Shown here piece by piece: positions 23,593 through 37,345 of a DNA stretch of 37,345 nucleotides (positions are counted from its first letter, which is position 1; each line of letters opens with the position of its first letter). The DNA comes from Macrostomum lignano (Eukaryota): NCBI GenBank assembly GCA_002269645.1, contig NIVC01000777.1, positions 1 through 37,345 of the forward strand, in the 5' to 3' direction. The notes under the pieces are model-generated. The model had not been told where the DNA came from and made no database searches. It saw nothing but the letters and a program-made list of their open reading frames with translations. The position numbers and the translations under genes were made by a program.

Positions 23593-24763
23593 CAGGCATT
23601 TATTTGCGGCTGCTGTCCGAATACCTTAATTACACTTGTGCATTTGCTGCTGCTGTTTATTGTTTATATTCGATCTTGTTCGGCATTCTGAATGCAACTT
23701 GAACTTCTCAAATAATTCAAATAAAGTAAAAAAATCGAAGACCGGGCAGAATCCAATTGGCTTTACCGATCAGATAGAGAGGAGACCTGAAATTCTGGGG
23801 CTGCCTATCAGCAATGGCGGCGTGTCAAAACATGATTTATTATTTAACAATGCCTGATGAGATCGATCAATGGTTAGCGGCACAACAGCGGGGACAGCAA
23901 CTGGAGTCGCTGGGCGGGCAAGTATAAAACACACACACACACTTAACGCATCTCTCAAAAAGGAGAATTTTCAGTCATATTGTTGGAATAAACAAACAAA
24001 CATACAAAACCGGCAGCGCCTAAACAATTGTAAAACGAACCGAAGCTAAGAAAGTAAAAAACGGGAATCACGCAATGCGGATTAATAATGAGGCTTTGTA
24101 CAGGGACTATGACAGAATTGAGCCTGGGAATTCTTTCCTAATAGAAAAGATTATAAATATGCTACGAAAATTGAACTATTGAATCGGTGCCAAGTTGTGA
24201 AAGCAATTTTAACAAAAAGTATTACAACGCCCACAGTGGAATTGAGTTGCAGAAACTGAAGCAGCGGCAACAACAGAGACAAAGGTATAACAGAAGCCAG
24301 GCAGGAAAGCGAGATTAGGCGGGGCGGACAGGAGGATTAAGCCATGACTTGCTGGGGCTGCCGTACTACTGAGGAAAAACAACTGGTCAAATTTTAGCAC
24401 CAGGACGTTGCCTGCCGATAATTAATTTAAAAAAAGCTATTTTATTGTTAGTTTTTACCTGAACGCGCAGTATAGCAGAAAAACTACATGTACAGCAGCG
24501 AGTGTACACAGCGGTTATTTCCATACAGTAACCAAACATACTACTAGTCTGTTAGTAGCGCAAGTTCTAGGATAAGATAAAACTGTTGTCTTGGTTTAGT
24601 GATATGCAACGACGTAAATATTTCTGTCATTTTAGCTAAGCTTGCAGACCTGGGGACTGACTGACAGCTGAACCCTGACCGGCGCACCAATTTCATGATA
24701 CGAAGAAATAAAAATCAAAAGTTAATCCGGCTCCAGTCCCAATTGCCATGGCAACCGGGTCAG

Positions 24764-28768
<4,005 letters not shown>

Positions 28769-28950
28769 CTAAACAGAAAGGTGGTGAGAATGGGTGAGAT
28801 TAAAAGAACCCAGTGGCTCCTGCGGATCTATTAAAAGTCCAAAGTACAAAACAGTCTAAAAGAAAAAATTTCGTAGACTAGACTAAATTTTGCTTTAGGA
28901 GTCATCTCATTGTCACAATCGGATTAGTAATAAAGAGATAAAGCCACTAA

Positions 28951-29232
28951 GGGGACTGTAGCCTAGTGGTTAGTGTCAGGGGTTCGATCCTCGACCCACT
29001 TGGAACAATTTGTGTCCTTGAGCAAGACACTTGACTCTGCATTGCTTCAGTTCACCCAGCTGTAAAATGGGTGCCAGCACTAGCTGGGGTAATTGAGGGT
29101 GTGACGACCCCCCAGTCTTTGGACTGAACAGCCGTATGCAGCTTTCAGATTCACCACACAATACGAGTAGCTTGGCTGAGCCGTCAGTTGCACAACTGCC
29201 TATTAGGGCAGGTGTAATCAATTATTATTATT
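28951..29232 (+). mobile_element. tRNA-derived CORE-type SINE
   Basis: A box TAGCCTAGTGG (28959-28969) and B box GGTTCGATCC (28981-28990). Central TGTGTCCTTGAGCAAGACACTT...CAGTTCACCCAGCTGTAAAATGGG resembles the MIR/CORE domain. (ATT)n tail. A second copy lies at 2897-3170. Confidence 0.8.
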
Positions 29233-29611
29233 TTAAAAAGTTGACATTTTGGACAATTTCTAAATCCATAATCTATATTGTTTTTTAATTCAAACATTAA
29301 TAATTTTATAAAATATCTGAAAATTGTTTTCAAACAATCTAGAATTAAGTTTAGTGAGCCGCTAGTTTATGGTTAGGCGTCGCCCTTGTCAGCCGTTCCC
29401 TTGCCCTCCCTTTGGGTTGCTGTCTGCCGCTGGTCAGCTTCCCGCCCCCCTTTCGTTTGCCTGTTGCCCCCGGGGCCCCTTCCGCCCTGCTGCGTCTCCG
29501 TTCTCAGCCCTCAGTCTCTCGACTGTGGGCTGTCTCTGTTTCGCTTCCGTCCTGTTTTCCTCTGTCATGCGAGCAAGTCACATGACAGTTCTTGCGTTCT
29601 TTGAGTCTTAA

Positions 29612-29637
29612 AGTGCAGTAAACATGTTTACTGCACT
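29612..29637. other. Perfect 26-bp palindrome with two head-to-head forkhead-type sites
   Basis: AGTGCAGTAAACA-TGTTTACTGCACT. It contains GTAAACA/TGTTTAC, and a further TGTTTAC lies at about 29647. Confidence 0.8.
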
Positions 29638-29708
29638 CGCTGCCCCTGTTTACCGGGTGAGTCACGTGCTTTCGAACCCCTCCCTTCTCTAAGGAGAGGA
29701 GTGACTTA

Positions 29709-30353
29709 TGTTGCTAAAAATAGCAACTGAGTCACAGCCGCGTGTACTCTGGCCGGGGACCTCAAGTGACGTCAGTTGTAAAAATAGAACAAGTCACGAG
29801 GTCTTCCGCGCGCTTGTACCCTGCCCAAGACTCTCGAGTGACGTCAGTTCTAAAAATAGAACGAGTCACGAGGTCTTCTGCGTGGGTGTTTCCCGGCTAT
29901 AAATAGGAGCCCTCTCCCCCTTGCTTCCGTCAAGGAGTTCTTGATTCCCGAGTTTTAAGACCTGTGTGCGGTAGCGTCTGAACTGAGCGCCCGACTACGT
30001 TCATTGAATCTGTTCTTATTGATCTGACTGAGACCCTACTAAAGCACGCCCCAAGCCTACGAGAGGCTAACTCAGCCCTCCCTCTACCATCCAAGCCCGG
30101 CAGGTGCTGCTGACGAGACGCCTTATACGTTGAACTGCAAACCTGCACGTCGTGCTGTGTTCGTTGACTTCCTTATTTCGTTCCGACGGGAAGCTCACCT
30201 CACCGAAGGCCGAGACCTAAAGGAACTGGTGGCAGCACTACCTACGCTACTGAGAGAGTTAAGAAGGCTTCCGAGTGAGAAGACGGAGAGCCCAGATCAC
30301 CGTGCTAGACAGCAGGAGAAGCACAGGTACAACACTGGTGGCAGCGGTGGGAT
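29709..30353 (+). mobile_element. LTR (TGTTG...CAACA, 29709-30334) followed by a tRNA-Leu primer-binding site (30336-30353)
   Basis: 5-bp terminal inverted repeats. TATAAATA at 29898-29905, with 72-bp-period duplicated enhancer-like blocks upstream. TGGTGGCAGCGGTGGGAT is complementary to the 3' end of metazoan tRNA-Leu(AAG/TAG) plus CCA, as recalled. No gag/pol follows. Confidence 0.75.
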
Positions 30354-31529
30354 ACAAAGACCTACCGGGCCACCCCGAAAAACCATAAGCACTTCATAAG
30401 CTAGACTAGAACTATACTTATTAATTATTAAAACTGTAGAAACATATTTGTTTCAATTCATATTTTGTATAATTGTCTTCTTACTAAGGCCGTTTGCATC
30501 TGTTTTTTGGTATCTTGAATTTAGACCTAAGAATCTAAATGGTATAAAGATATGTCAAGATGTCACCTAGCTGGGTCTTGGTGGCAGTGGTGGACAGCTA
30601 CATGAAAAGGACATGCATCCTCAAAACTGCAGAGTAGATGGCAAGAAGTTTTTCAAGGAAGCAGCCAAGTTGAACAGCAGGCTGCTGTTTTTTCCCACCC
30701 TGAACTGCTAGCTGAGCTTCAAAATGCAAGCAAAAATTTTGTTGATGGTACATTCTGAGTTATGCCTGGCCTATTTTTCAATTAGTGACCATCGGAATCA
30801 TGAAGCAAAGTTTCTTTATTTGCTTCTTTGCTTGCACTACTTACAGGTTAGACAAAGGGCATCTATCATTTAGTGTAGGTCAAAGGTAAAATTGCTGCTT
30901 CCTGCATTCAAGCCAATGAATGTCGTGATGGACTACAAGATTGTGCTGAGATTCTCTGCTGGAAACATTTCCGACAATTGCTCATGAATGTTGGTTGGTT
31001 TCACTACACACAAGCTGTCCTCACAAAGCTAAAAAAGCTTGGAGTATGGAATGAAGTGTGTTACAACTTATTTGAAAACATTTGAAGCTATGTGAGATTG
31101 CTTTTGTGCTTCCACACATACATCTAGACCTACTGGCTTAAGAGGGTTGGTATAGCCATTCCTCTCCATACACAACTGCTAACACAGGACTAATAGTAAG
31201 CAGGAATCCTACCATAGTCAATTGGACCTTTGCAGAGACATTTTATCCCAATATATAGGATTCTATCGCTTTATTCCTTAACAAAATTCCTTTTTTCAAC
31301 CTGTGCAGCTAGTCTAAATAGACTAAAATGTGGTGCTGCAATCTGCCAAGATTGAGGAAATGCAATGTGCTTAAAAGTATCCAAATTTGGCAACAGTATA
31401 ACCTATTAAGCAATGGACAAACAACTTCTCTGAAGGTTCTATGCAAGTTGAGTGTATCAGCTGGTCTCCCTCTGAATAACCCTACATGATGCTGCTCAAT
31501 TGTCAACTGGCTGTAGTTCAGTTGCCAGA

Positions 31530-31790
31530 TGTTGTCTAGCTAAGTCCTTGGCAGCAGTGGAAGACAGCCACAAGACATTGTCTAGCTGGATCTTGGTGGT
31601 GATAGTGACAAGCCAACATCACCTAGTCAGGTCTTGGTGGTGCCAGTGGGCAGTTGCAAGACAACATTCGCTAGCCAGGTCTGAGCAGCACCAGTGGATA
31701 GCCAAAAGCCAATGTTGCTTAGCTAGGTCTTGGTGGCAATGGTGGAGAGCCTAAAGACAATTTCACCTAGCTAGTAGACAGCCACAAGAT
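31530..31790. repeat. Degenerate tandem repeat of about 45-50 bp, with a solo copy at about 30555-30600
   Basis: Recurring CTAGC..GGTCTTGGTGG..A(G/T)TGG..AGC...AAGAC core, about 5-6 units. Confidence 0.55.
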
Positions 31791-32822
31791 AACAATGTTG
31801 GCCAGTGCCTTGGCAGCAGTAAATGACAACGCCCCATATATCTGGAAATCTTTGGCTCTACTCACATCATATATTTCTATGGTCCCATTGTTTGTAATCA
31901 TCTGTTTTGAAAATATCAAGATTAGACTATAGCAAGTCCCTGTGTGTCAATGCAATTGCATTGCATGATTGTTATTCTGTTTTTCTAATAATTACTTTTC
32001 ATAATTCAGGTCCTTTCTCAAGAACATAGCCAAGGAAAATAACAATTTGAAGTTTGTTAACAAATATTATTATAGTATTTAATTGGTAAGACTAAAAAAC
32101 TGTTTTCCATTCCTTTGAAAAACCCATTTGCTATTACTCATGTTCTTCGTTTATTTGAAAACCCATTGTATTATACATTTTTTTCAATTCAAACATTTAT
32201 ATCCTGCACTGGGGGCAAATCTCAGTGGGCAAATCTTTTGTGGCTAAATCTTAGCAGGCAATTCTCATTCTCATGGGCCTGTTGCAAAAATATCTGCAAG
32301 TTTTCTATGGCTTAAAGTGGGTGCATTGATTAAATGACAAGTGGGAAGATTACAAAAAGCATTTTTACTAACTATAATTGTTCTAAAGCATAGAAGCATT
32401 CTAAAGTATATTTTATAGCAATTTTCAAGTTCCATTAGTTAACTTTTTGACTCCTAGAAATTAATCTATGAGCTATTTTAAGTAAAAAATTACATAAGGG
32501 ACTTCAAACCTGAGTAACACTATTTCTATGCTTCAAAACTTGTTATAATGCTATCTAATACTAGAAAGCTACTAAGTCAATGGCCAAAACATTTATTTTA
32601 ATGAGTAAGTAAATATAATATAGTAGCAAGTCTTATTGTAAATAAATCATAAACTTCATATATTATAATAGTAGGAAATCCAGTATATAGAAGATGTTCC
32701 TAAATTTTTTCTTTTAGCAAATTTATCAAGCAACAATACTTGTTGAAATTTAATATATTGCCATAAGTCTTTGCATAATTAATACATTGCCATAAAAAAG
32801 GCAATTTTGTTTTAATTATGTC

Positions 32823-32940
32823 AAGCCAGCAGATAGCATGGCAAAGTCAGAAGGCAACTTAGCAAAGCTAGCAGGTGGTGTTGCAAAGCCAGCAAGAGAC
32901 TTGGCAAAGCCAGCAGGTAGCACAGCAAAGCCAGCAAGTT
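32823..32940. repeat. Degenerate 21-bp tandem repeat, about 6 copies
   Basis: Recurring GCAAAGCCAGCA core with a 21-bp period. Confidence 0.6.
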
Positions 32941-33515
32941 TTTCAAAAAGATTGTTAACTTTTGTAGCAGCCATAGCAATAGGCTCTTCTTGGATTGCAA
33001 GAGAGACATGGGCAGTAACAGCAATAGGTATTTGAGTGATATATATAGAAATAACTGACTAGAATTACATTTTATATATTGCTGCTTGTGGCATATATCA
33101 CAGTCAACGGTAGCAACATCATTGGTAACTATTTTTGCACATAATACAGTGGTCTATTATTGTCATAATTAAAATTGAACATTGAGAATTATCTGAATGC
33201 AACTTTAATTTCTAATATTCTGCAGTGCATTAAGCTAATATCCATTTCTATACCATTAGACAGAAAACTCAATCAATTGAATCAAAATTATAACATACAT
33301 GCTAGATTACACACTCATTTGGTGATAAAAAACAACCATTAGCACAAGTTATACGCTGCTACGTGTTTAGTTGTTTTAGAATTCATAAGCAACTATGTGA
33401 AAAATATAGAACTAGAAGTTTGATACAGATTGCTTTTTGCAAATTTGTTCAAATCTTTTATGGTTCAAAAGTTACAAGTGCTTAAAGTTAAAAAAACATG
33501 ATGGAACCTTTATTT

Positions 33516-33707
33516 CAGGGGTTCAACCTTTTTTAGGCAACCCTAATTTATTAACTTGCATAATTTTTTCATGTTTGTGACCCCTTTAATAATCAATATA
33601 ATGCATCATTAAGTATGACGTACTCAAACATTTCTTAGTGTTGCAACCCCCCAAAAATGGTCACGCAACCTCACTGGGGGTTGCAACCCACAGGCTGAGA
33701 ACCATTG
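33516..33707. mobile_element. Old hAT-type MITE
   Basis: Starts CAGGGGTTCAACCTTTTT and ends GGGTTGCAACCCACAGGCTGAGAACCATTG, typical of Charlie-like ends. Degenerate 8-bp TSD CTTTATTT / CCTTATTG (6/8). Confidence 0.6.
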
Positions 33708-34949
33708 CCTTATTGTAGAATGACCCTTATGATACTTATATTCAATTGATTACTTGTCTCAATTTTTTATATGATACCCAATGGAGAATAGTAAGAATTG
33801 AAACAGATAGCCAATTACAAAAATCTTACTTGTAGCTTACTAAAACACAATTCTTATATTTAGTTTTGTTTTACAATATCCTTAATGGTTAATAATTATT
33901 AATAATATATTATAAAATGTAAGTGAGGGGAATGCCAACTTGTGTTTTTATATGATAATGCATAGTTCATTTACTATTAAATTTTGCATCAATTTCTTTG
34001 CTGCTTTCTACAATTGGAACTATATTCTGGGAACTACAATTGCAATACACTAATAACTTCACCTATTTGTTCTGATGACTATCTGATGACTATCTTTTTG
34101 ACAATGATTGGGACAACATCTAGATAGGAAACTAAAATAGTTTTGTTCAACTTGTTGGACTTAACATTTCTGTCCTTACTTTTATAATATAATATCGTTA
34201 ATGACTGGAATGAGTTAAGAAAAAGGCATATATACCACATATTTCTGGGGTTTGTTGTTTATTGTTTTTTTATACAAAAGTTATACAAATGCAATCATTA
34301 ATTTTTACTTTTCAAAATTTCAAAATTGACAATTTGAAGCTGTGTAAGATAATGTATTTGGTGTATATCAGCATATACCTAAAAAATTGATCATTTTTCT
34401 ACATATAGAGTATTCCAAACTATGGAATGAATATCTCTAATTACAGGCATTGTAAAATGAAAGTAAATATAAGAATCTTGTTCTACAAACTTGGTTTTTG
34501 ATTGTCAAGATTTCTATTTCTTTAATTTTTTTACTTACTATTTTCAATTGGGTATTGTATAACAAATTTAATGCAAAATGCTAGTATTATAAAACAAAAG
34601 AATGCCTAAGTAATCACTAATTTTGAATCAAAAGTCCTGTTTAAATTCTTGTTTTTTAAGGTGAGTATTTGCAACTTTGGGCTTATGAAAAAAAGTGAAA
34701 GCAATATGAAAATGAAAACTTCACTACACAGCTATATGAAAATATAATAGAGTAACATGTTGTGCATGTTAAATTAAAATAATAGTAGTCTTCACTGCCC
34801 CAGATCAAATACAATCACAGATTTTGTGACGAAAAACTGATTTTTTCCTATCTTTGCAGTGTATTTTTCCAGGAAATTCTGGCCTCCAAAAAAATTCATG
34901 ATCTTTGAGTTTTACATCCTGTTAGTCTAGAAGTCCTTGGGTCAAATAC

Positions 34950-36478
34950 CTTAATGTGACACTAACGCATGACCTGCAATGGACGAAGCACCTTGATAAT
35001 GTCATTGGTCAGGCAAAATGCTGTTTTGCCCAGCTGCACAGAGCCATCAGGCTGACTTGGGGTCTTTCACCAAGAATGGTTGATTGGATTTATACCCAAA
35101 TTATCCGGCCTAGCATCACATATGTGAGCCTCATCTGGACTAGCATACTAGAGCAGAAGAACACCTGTCAGCGCCTGTACTAGCTGCAGGGCACCATTTG
35201 TTGTGCCATCACAGGTGCGTACTCATCTAACCCTTATAAGGGGCTGAACACTATCCTTAATTTTCCTCCACTTCACCTATTTATTAGGGCGGAGGCTATG
35301 AAGTCCTATCAGAAGGCTATCAGAGATAAAACATTAAATAACACACCCTCTGGCTTTATGCCAATGAAAACCCTGATCCTACATATGGATTTTGTCCGCC
35401 GCAACCTCAACAACATCCACATGGACCTGGACAATGTAGATAGTTGCCTCCCCACTCTCAATATCAGGAGGGGCTTTTAGACTGTCATTCCTGGCTGAGA
35501 CAGCATTCTACTGGATGCTGGTGTGAACTGGCTTAACCAGGGCATTCATTGCTTCACCAATGGCTTGCTGTTCAGTGGCCACGCTGGAGTGGGTATTGTC
35601 ATTTTCCACAAGGGTAAGATGCTTTTCTAGGAAAGTCTGCACCTTGGTGAGAACACCTTGGTTTTCCAAGCTGAAATTTGTGCCATTGAGCAGTACGCCC
35701 AGTACCTGCCTTAGGTGAATATTAATAACTTCAATATTAACTTTTACACTGATAGCCAAGCCACTATTAAGGCTTTAACCACTGAGAATATCTCTGCTAC
35801 TACAGTATATCAATGCCACCGCAGTGTGCAACCCCTTTCAGTCTTTAACAAGATTAGAATTATCTAGATACCTGGTCATAGTAACATCCTAGGCAATGAA
35901 CTCGCGGACTCTTGCCAAGGAGGGCAGCAACCTAGATGGCAACTACTATCTGATGAGGCTACCCACTCCCAGGTTGCAAGTCACCTGCCATATCAACAGG
36001 TGGCTCCATCAGCAACACCAGCTCTACTGGAACAGCTGCACCGAGTACAGGCAAACCCGCTTTGCCATGCCTAACCTAAACAGGAAAGTCTCTGATTATC
36101 TGATTTTGCTTTATAGAACCAACCTCAGGGAGATATGCATGGCCCTAACTGGCCATAGATTCTTCCAGAGACATATCCAGAGACATTCACTTTCTGCCCT
36201 TACTTCAACAAGGCGCGGCACAAATACCTCGGCCACCCCTAGCAGATGGACAAGCTGACTACCCCAGACAATATCCGTGACCTTAGCACCTTCGTCCTGG
36301 ACTCTGACTGGATAAGGGTTGCTGATGCCTCCACTGTGAACCTGCCAACTACTGGCGGGGACTGGGCACACCCCCAAGGTTAATCCATGTGCTATTTTAC
36401 CTTGGGGTTGCAATAGAGGCCTTGCGGCCTATTCGCGGTGCCTGCGCCCCCTGTCAATAATAAGTGAGTAAGTAAATA
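34950..36478 (+). mobile_element. 5'-truncated, decayed non-LTR retrotransposon (LOA/R1/I-group-like) with RT C-terminus and RNase H
   Basis: LQWTKH...[22 protein letters not shown] (post-RT). [28 protein letters not shown] and [14 protein letters not shown] (RNase H). ALTGH-containing C-terminal region. Several in-frame stops. Short A-rich simple-repeat tail. Confidence 0.85.
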
Positions 36479-36667
36479 AGGTCATAATCTAGATTCTAAT
36501 AGGAATCCAATTTTCCTTAGGATCTTACTTTAGGATCAGGATCTATTAGATCATATTTGACCTTTACTTATATTCCTAAAAGTAAGAAAAATTACTTAAT
36601 AAAGTTGTTAGTTTAGCTAAATTTAAGTGAAAAGTACTTTGTGAATAAATTGAAATTGTATTAGTAT

Positions 36668-37003
36668 ATACAGAGAGCTTGCATGCATAGCAGCTATCCA
36701 CCTAGTGTTTAAATTGCATGCATGACAACTGCATCTTTAACTTATTATACAGTATGTCATTAACTATTTAAATTATTGGAAATTAATATCTGAATTAACA
36801 AAAATTAGCTATAAATTGAAGTTACATTTTACATAGGATGAAACAAATAATAAATTAATAAATAAGTTCTATGAGTAGCAAAGCAATGTGCAAATTTGAA
36901 GAAAAGGGTCCAATTTGGTATTTGCTATATTGCCTGTCTGCTGGCTACCATGCATGCAATTAAATACTAGGTGGATAGCTACCATGCACGCAAGCTCTCT
37001 ATA
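36668..37003. mobile_element. Foldback element/MITE with about 55-bp imperfect TIRs
   Basis: AGAGAGCTTGCATGCATAGCAGCTATCCACCTAGTGTTTAAATTGCATGCATG is inverted at 36950-37000 as CATGCATGCAATTAAATACTAGGTGGATAGCTACCATGCACGCAAGCTCTCT. The superfamily is not assignable. Confidence 0.7.
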
Positions 37004-37199
37004 CTATAGCTATAGTTAGGATCATAGCATGCCTGTGCCAGAATGAATCCTATAAAAAAGTTTGATTGTGCCATGTGCTAGAACAAATCCTATCAAAAAA
37101 GTTAGCTTGCGCTATGTGCCAAAACTATTCTGGCATTCTTTTGTTTTATGATCCCTGAGCAGGTCAAGTTTTGTCTTATGATCCTCATCATACATGCAT

Positions 37200-37344
37200 A
37201 ACTTGGAATCACCCAGCCGTTTCTATTGGCAACACACACATATAAGTCACTATTGCTGAGAGCAGTCACGTGACTACTATTTTGTCCAATAGCGACTTAC
37301 ATGTGTGTGTTGCCAATAGAAATGGCCGAGTGAATCCCAAGGTT
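37200..37344. repeat. Long imperfect inverted repeat (about 56-bp arms, 31-bp spacer)
   Basis: Arms at 37200-37255 and 37287-37344. The spacer holds the palindrome AGTCACGTGACT (37264-37275). It may continue past the window end. Confidence 0.8.
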
Positions 37345-37345
37345 G

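Noticed and set aside
29430-29570. Minus-strand ORF MTEENRTEAK... as DOT1L exon 1
   Set aside because: It has no similarity to the DOT1L N-terminus and ends in a stop without a convincing phase-0 donor.
30130-30399. 89-aa ORF as gag or an LTR-encoded protein
   Set aside because: It has a non-ATG start, spans U5 and the PBS, and shows no capsid or zinc-knuckle motif.
32570-32592. Minus-strand MFWPLT as the DOT1L WPL motif
   Set aside because: It lies in AT-rich context unlike all other exons, has an immediate stop, and lacks the preceding SPxG motif.
32821-33035. Short ORFs with heptad-like repeats
   Set aside because: They are explained by a 21-bp tandem repeat in AT-rich DNA, with no splice or homology support.

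Overview
Gene-dense eukaryotic (metazoan) window with GC-rich exons, repeat-filled introns and AT-rich spacers. This style resembles a free-living flatworm such as Macrostomum, which is inference only. Seven protein-coding genes were rebuilt by hand from GT-AG splice sites and frame continuity: NF-YB (+, 5'-incomplete), an ER-type cyclophilin ending in RTEL (-), a TMEM272-like membrane protein (-), radial spoke head RSPH4/6 (-), UBA5 (+), an intron-containing C2H2/MULE/SWIM transposase-derived gene with a degenerate catalytic triad (+), and a compact DOT1L (-, 5'-incomplete). Mobile and repeat content: two hAT-type MITEs, a 3-bp-TSD MITE, two further foldback elements, two CORE-type SINE copies, a second tRNA-headed SINE, an LTR with a tRNA-Leu primer-binding site, a decayed RNase H-bearing LINE, and seven mini/microsatellite arrays. 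The top leads are: (1) three genes whose first in-window exon starts at a phase-0 acceptor with no ATG before conserved sequence, which would fit a spliced leader donating the AUG; (2) the apparently domesticated MULE gene downstream of UBA5; (3) a 34-bp array of NF-Y CCAAT boxes in a DOT1L intron; (4) a PPT-LTR-PBS fragment; (5) an XBP1/ATF6-type motif cluster upstream of the cyclophilin. No CRISPR array or prokaryotic system is supported. All calls are by eye, with no database searches.
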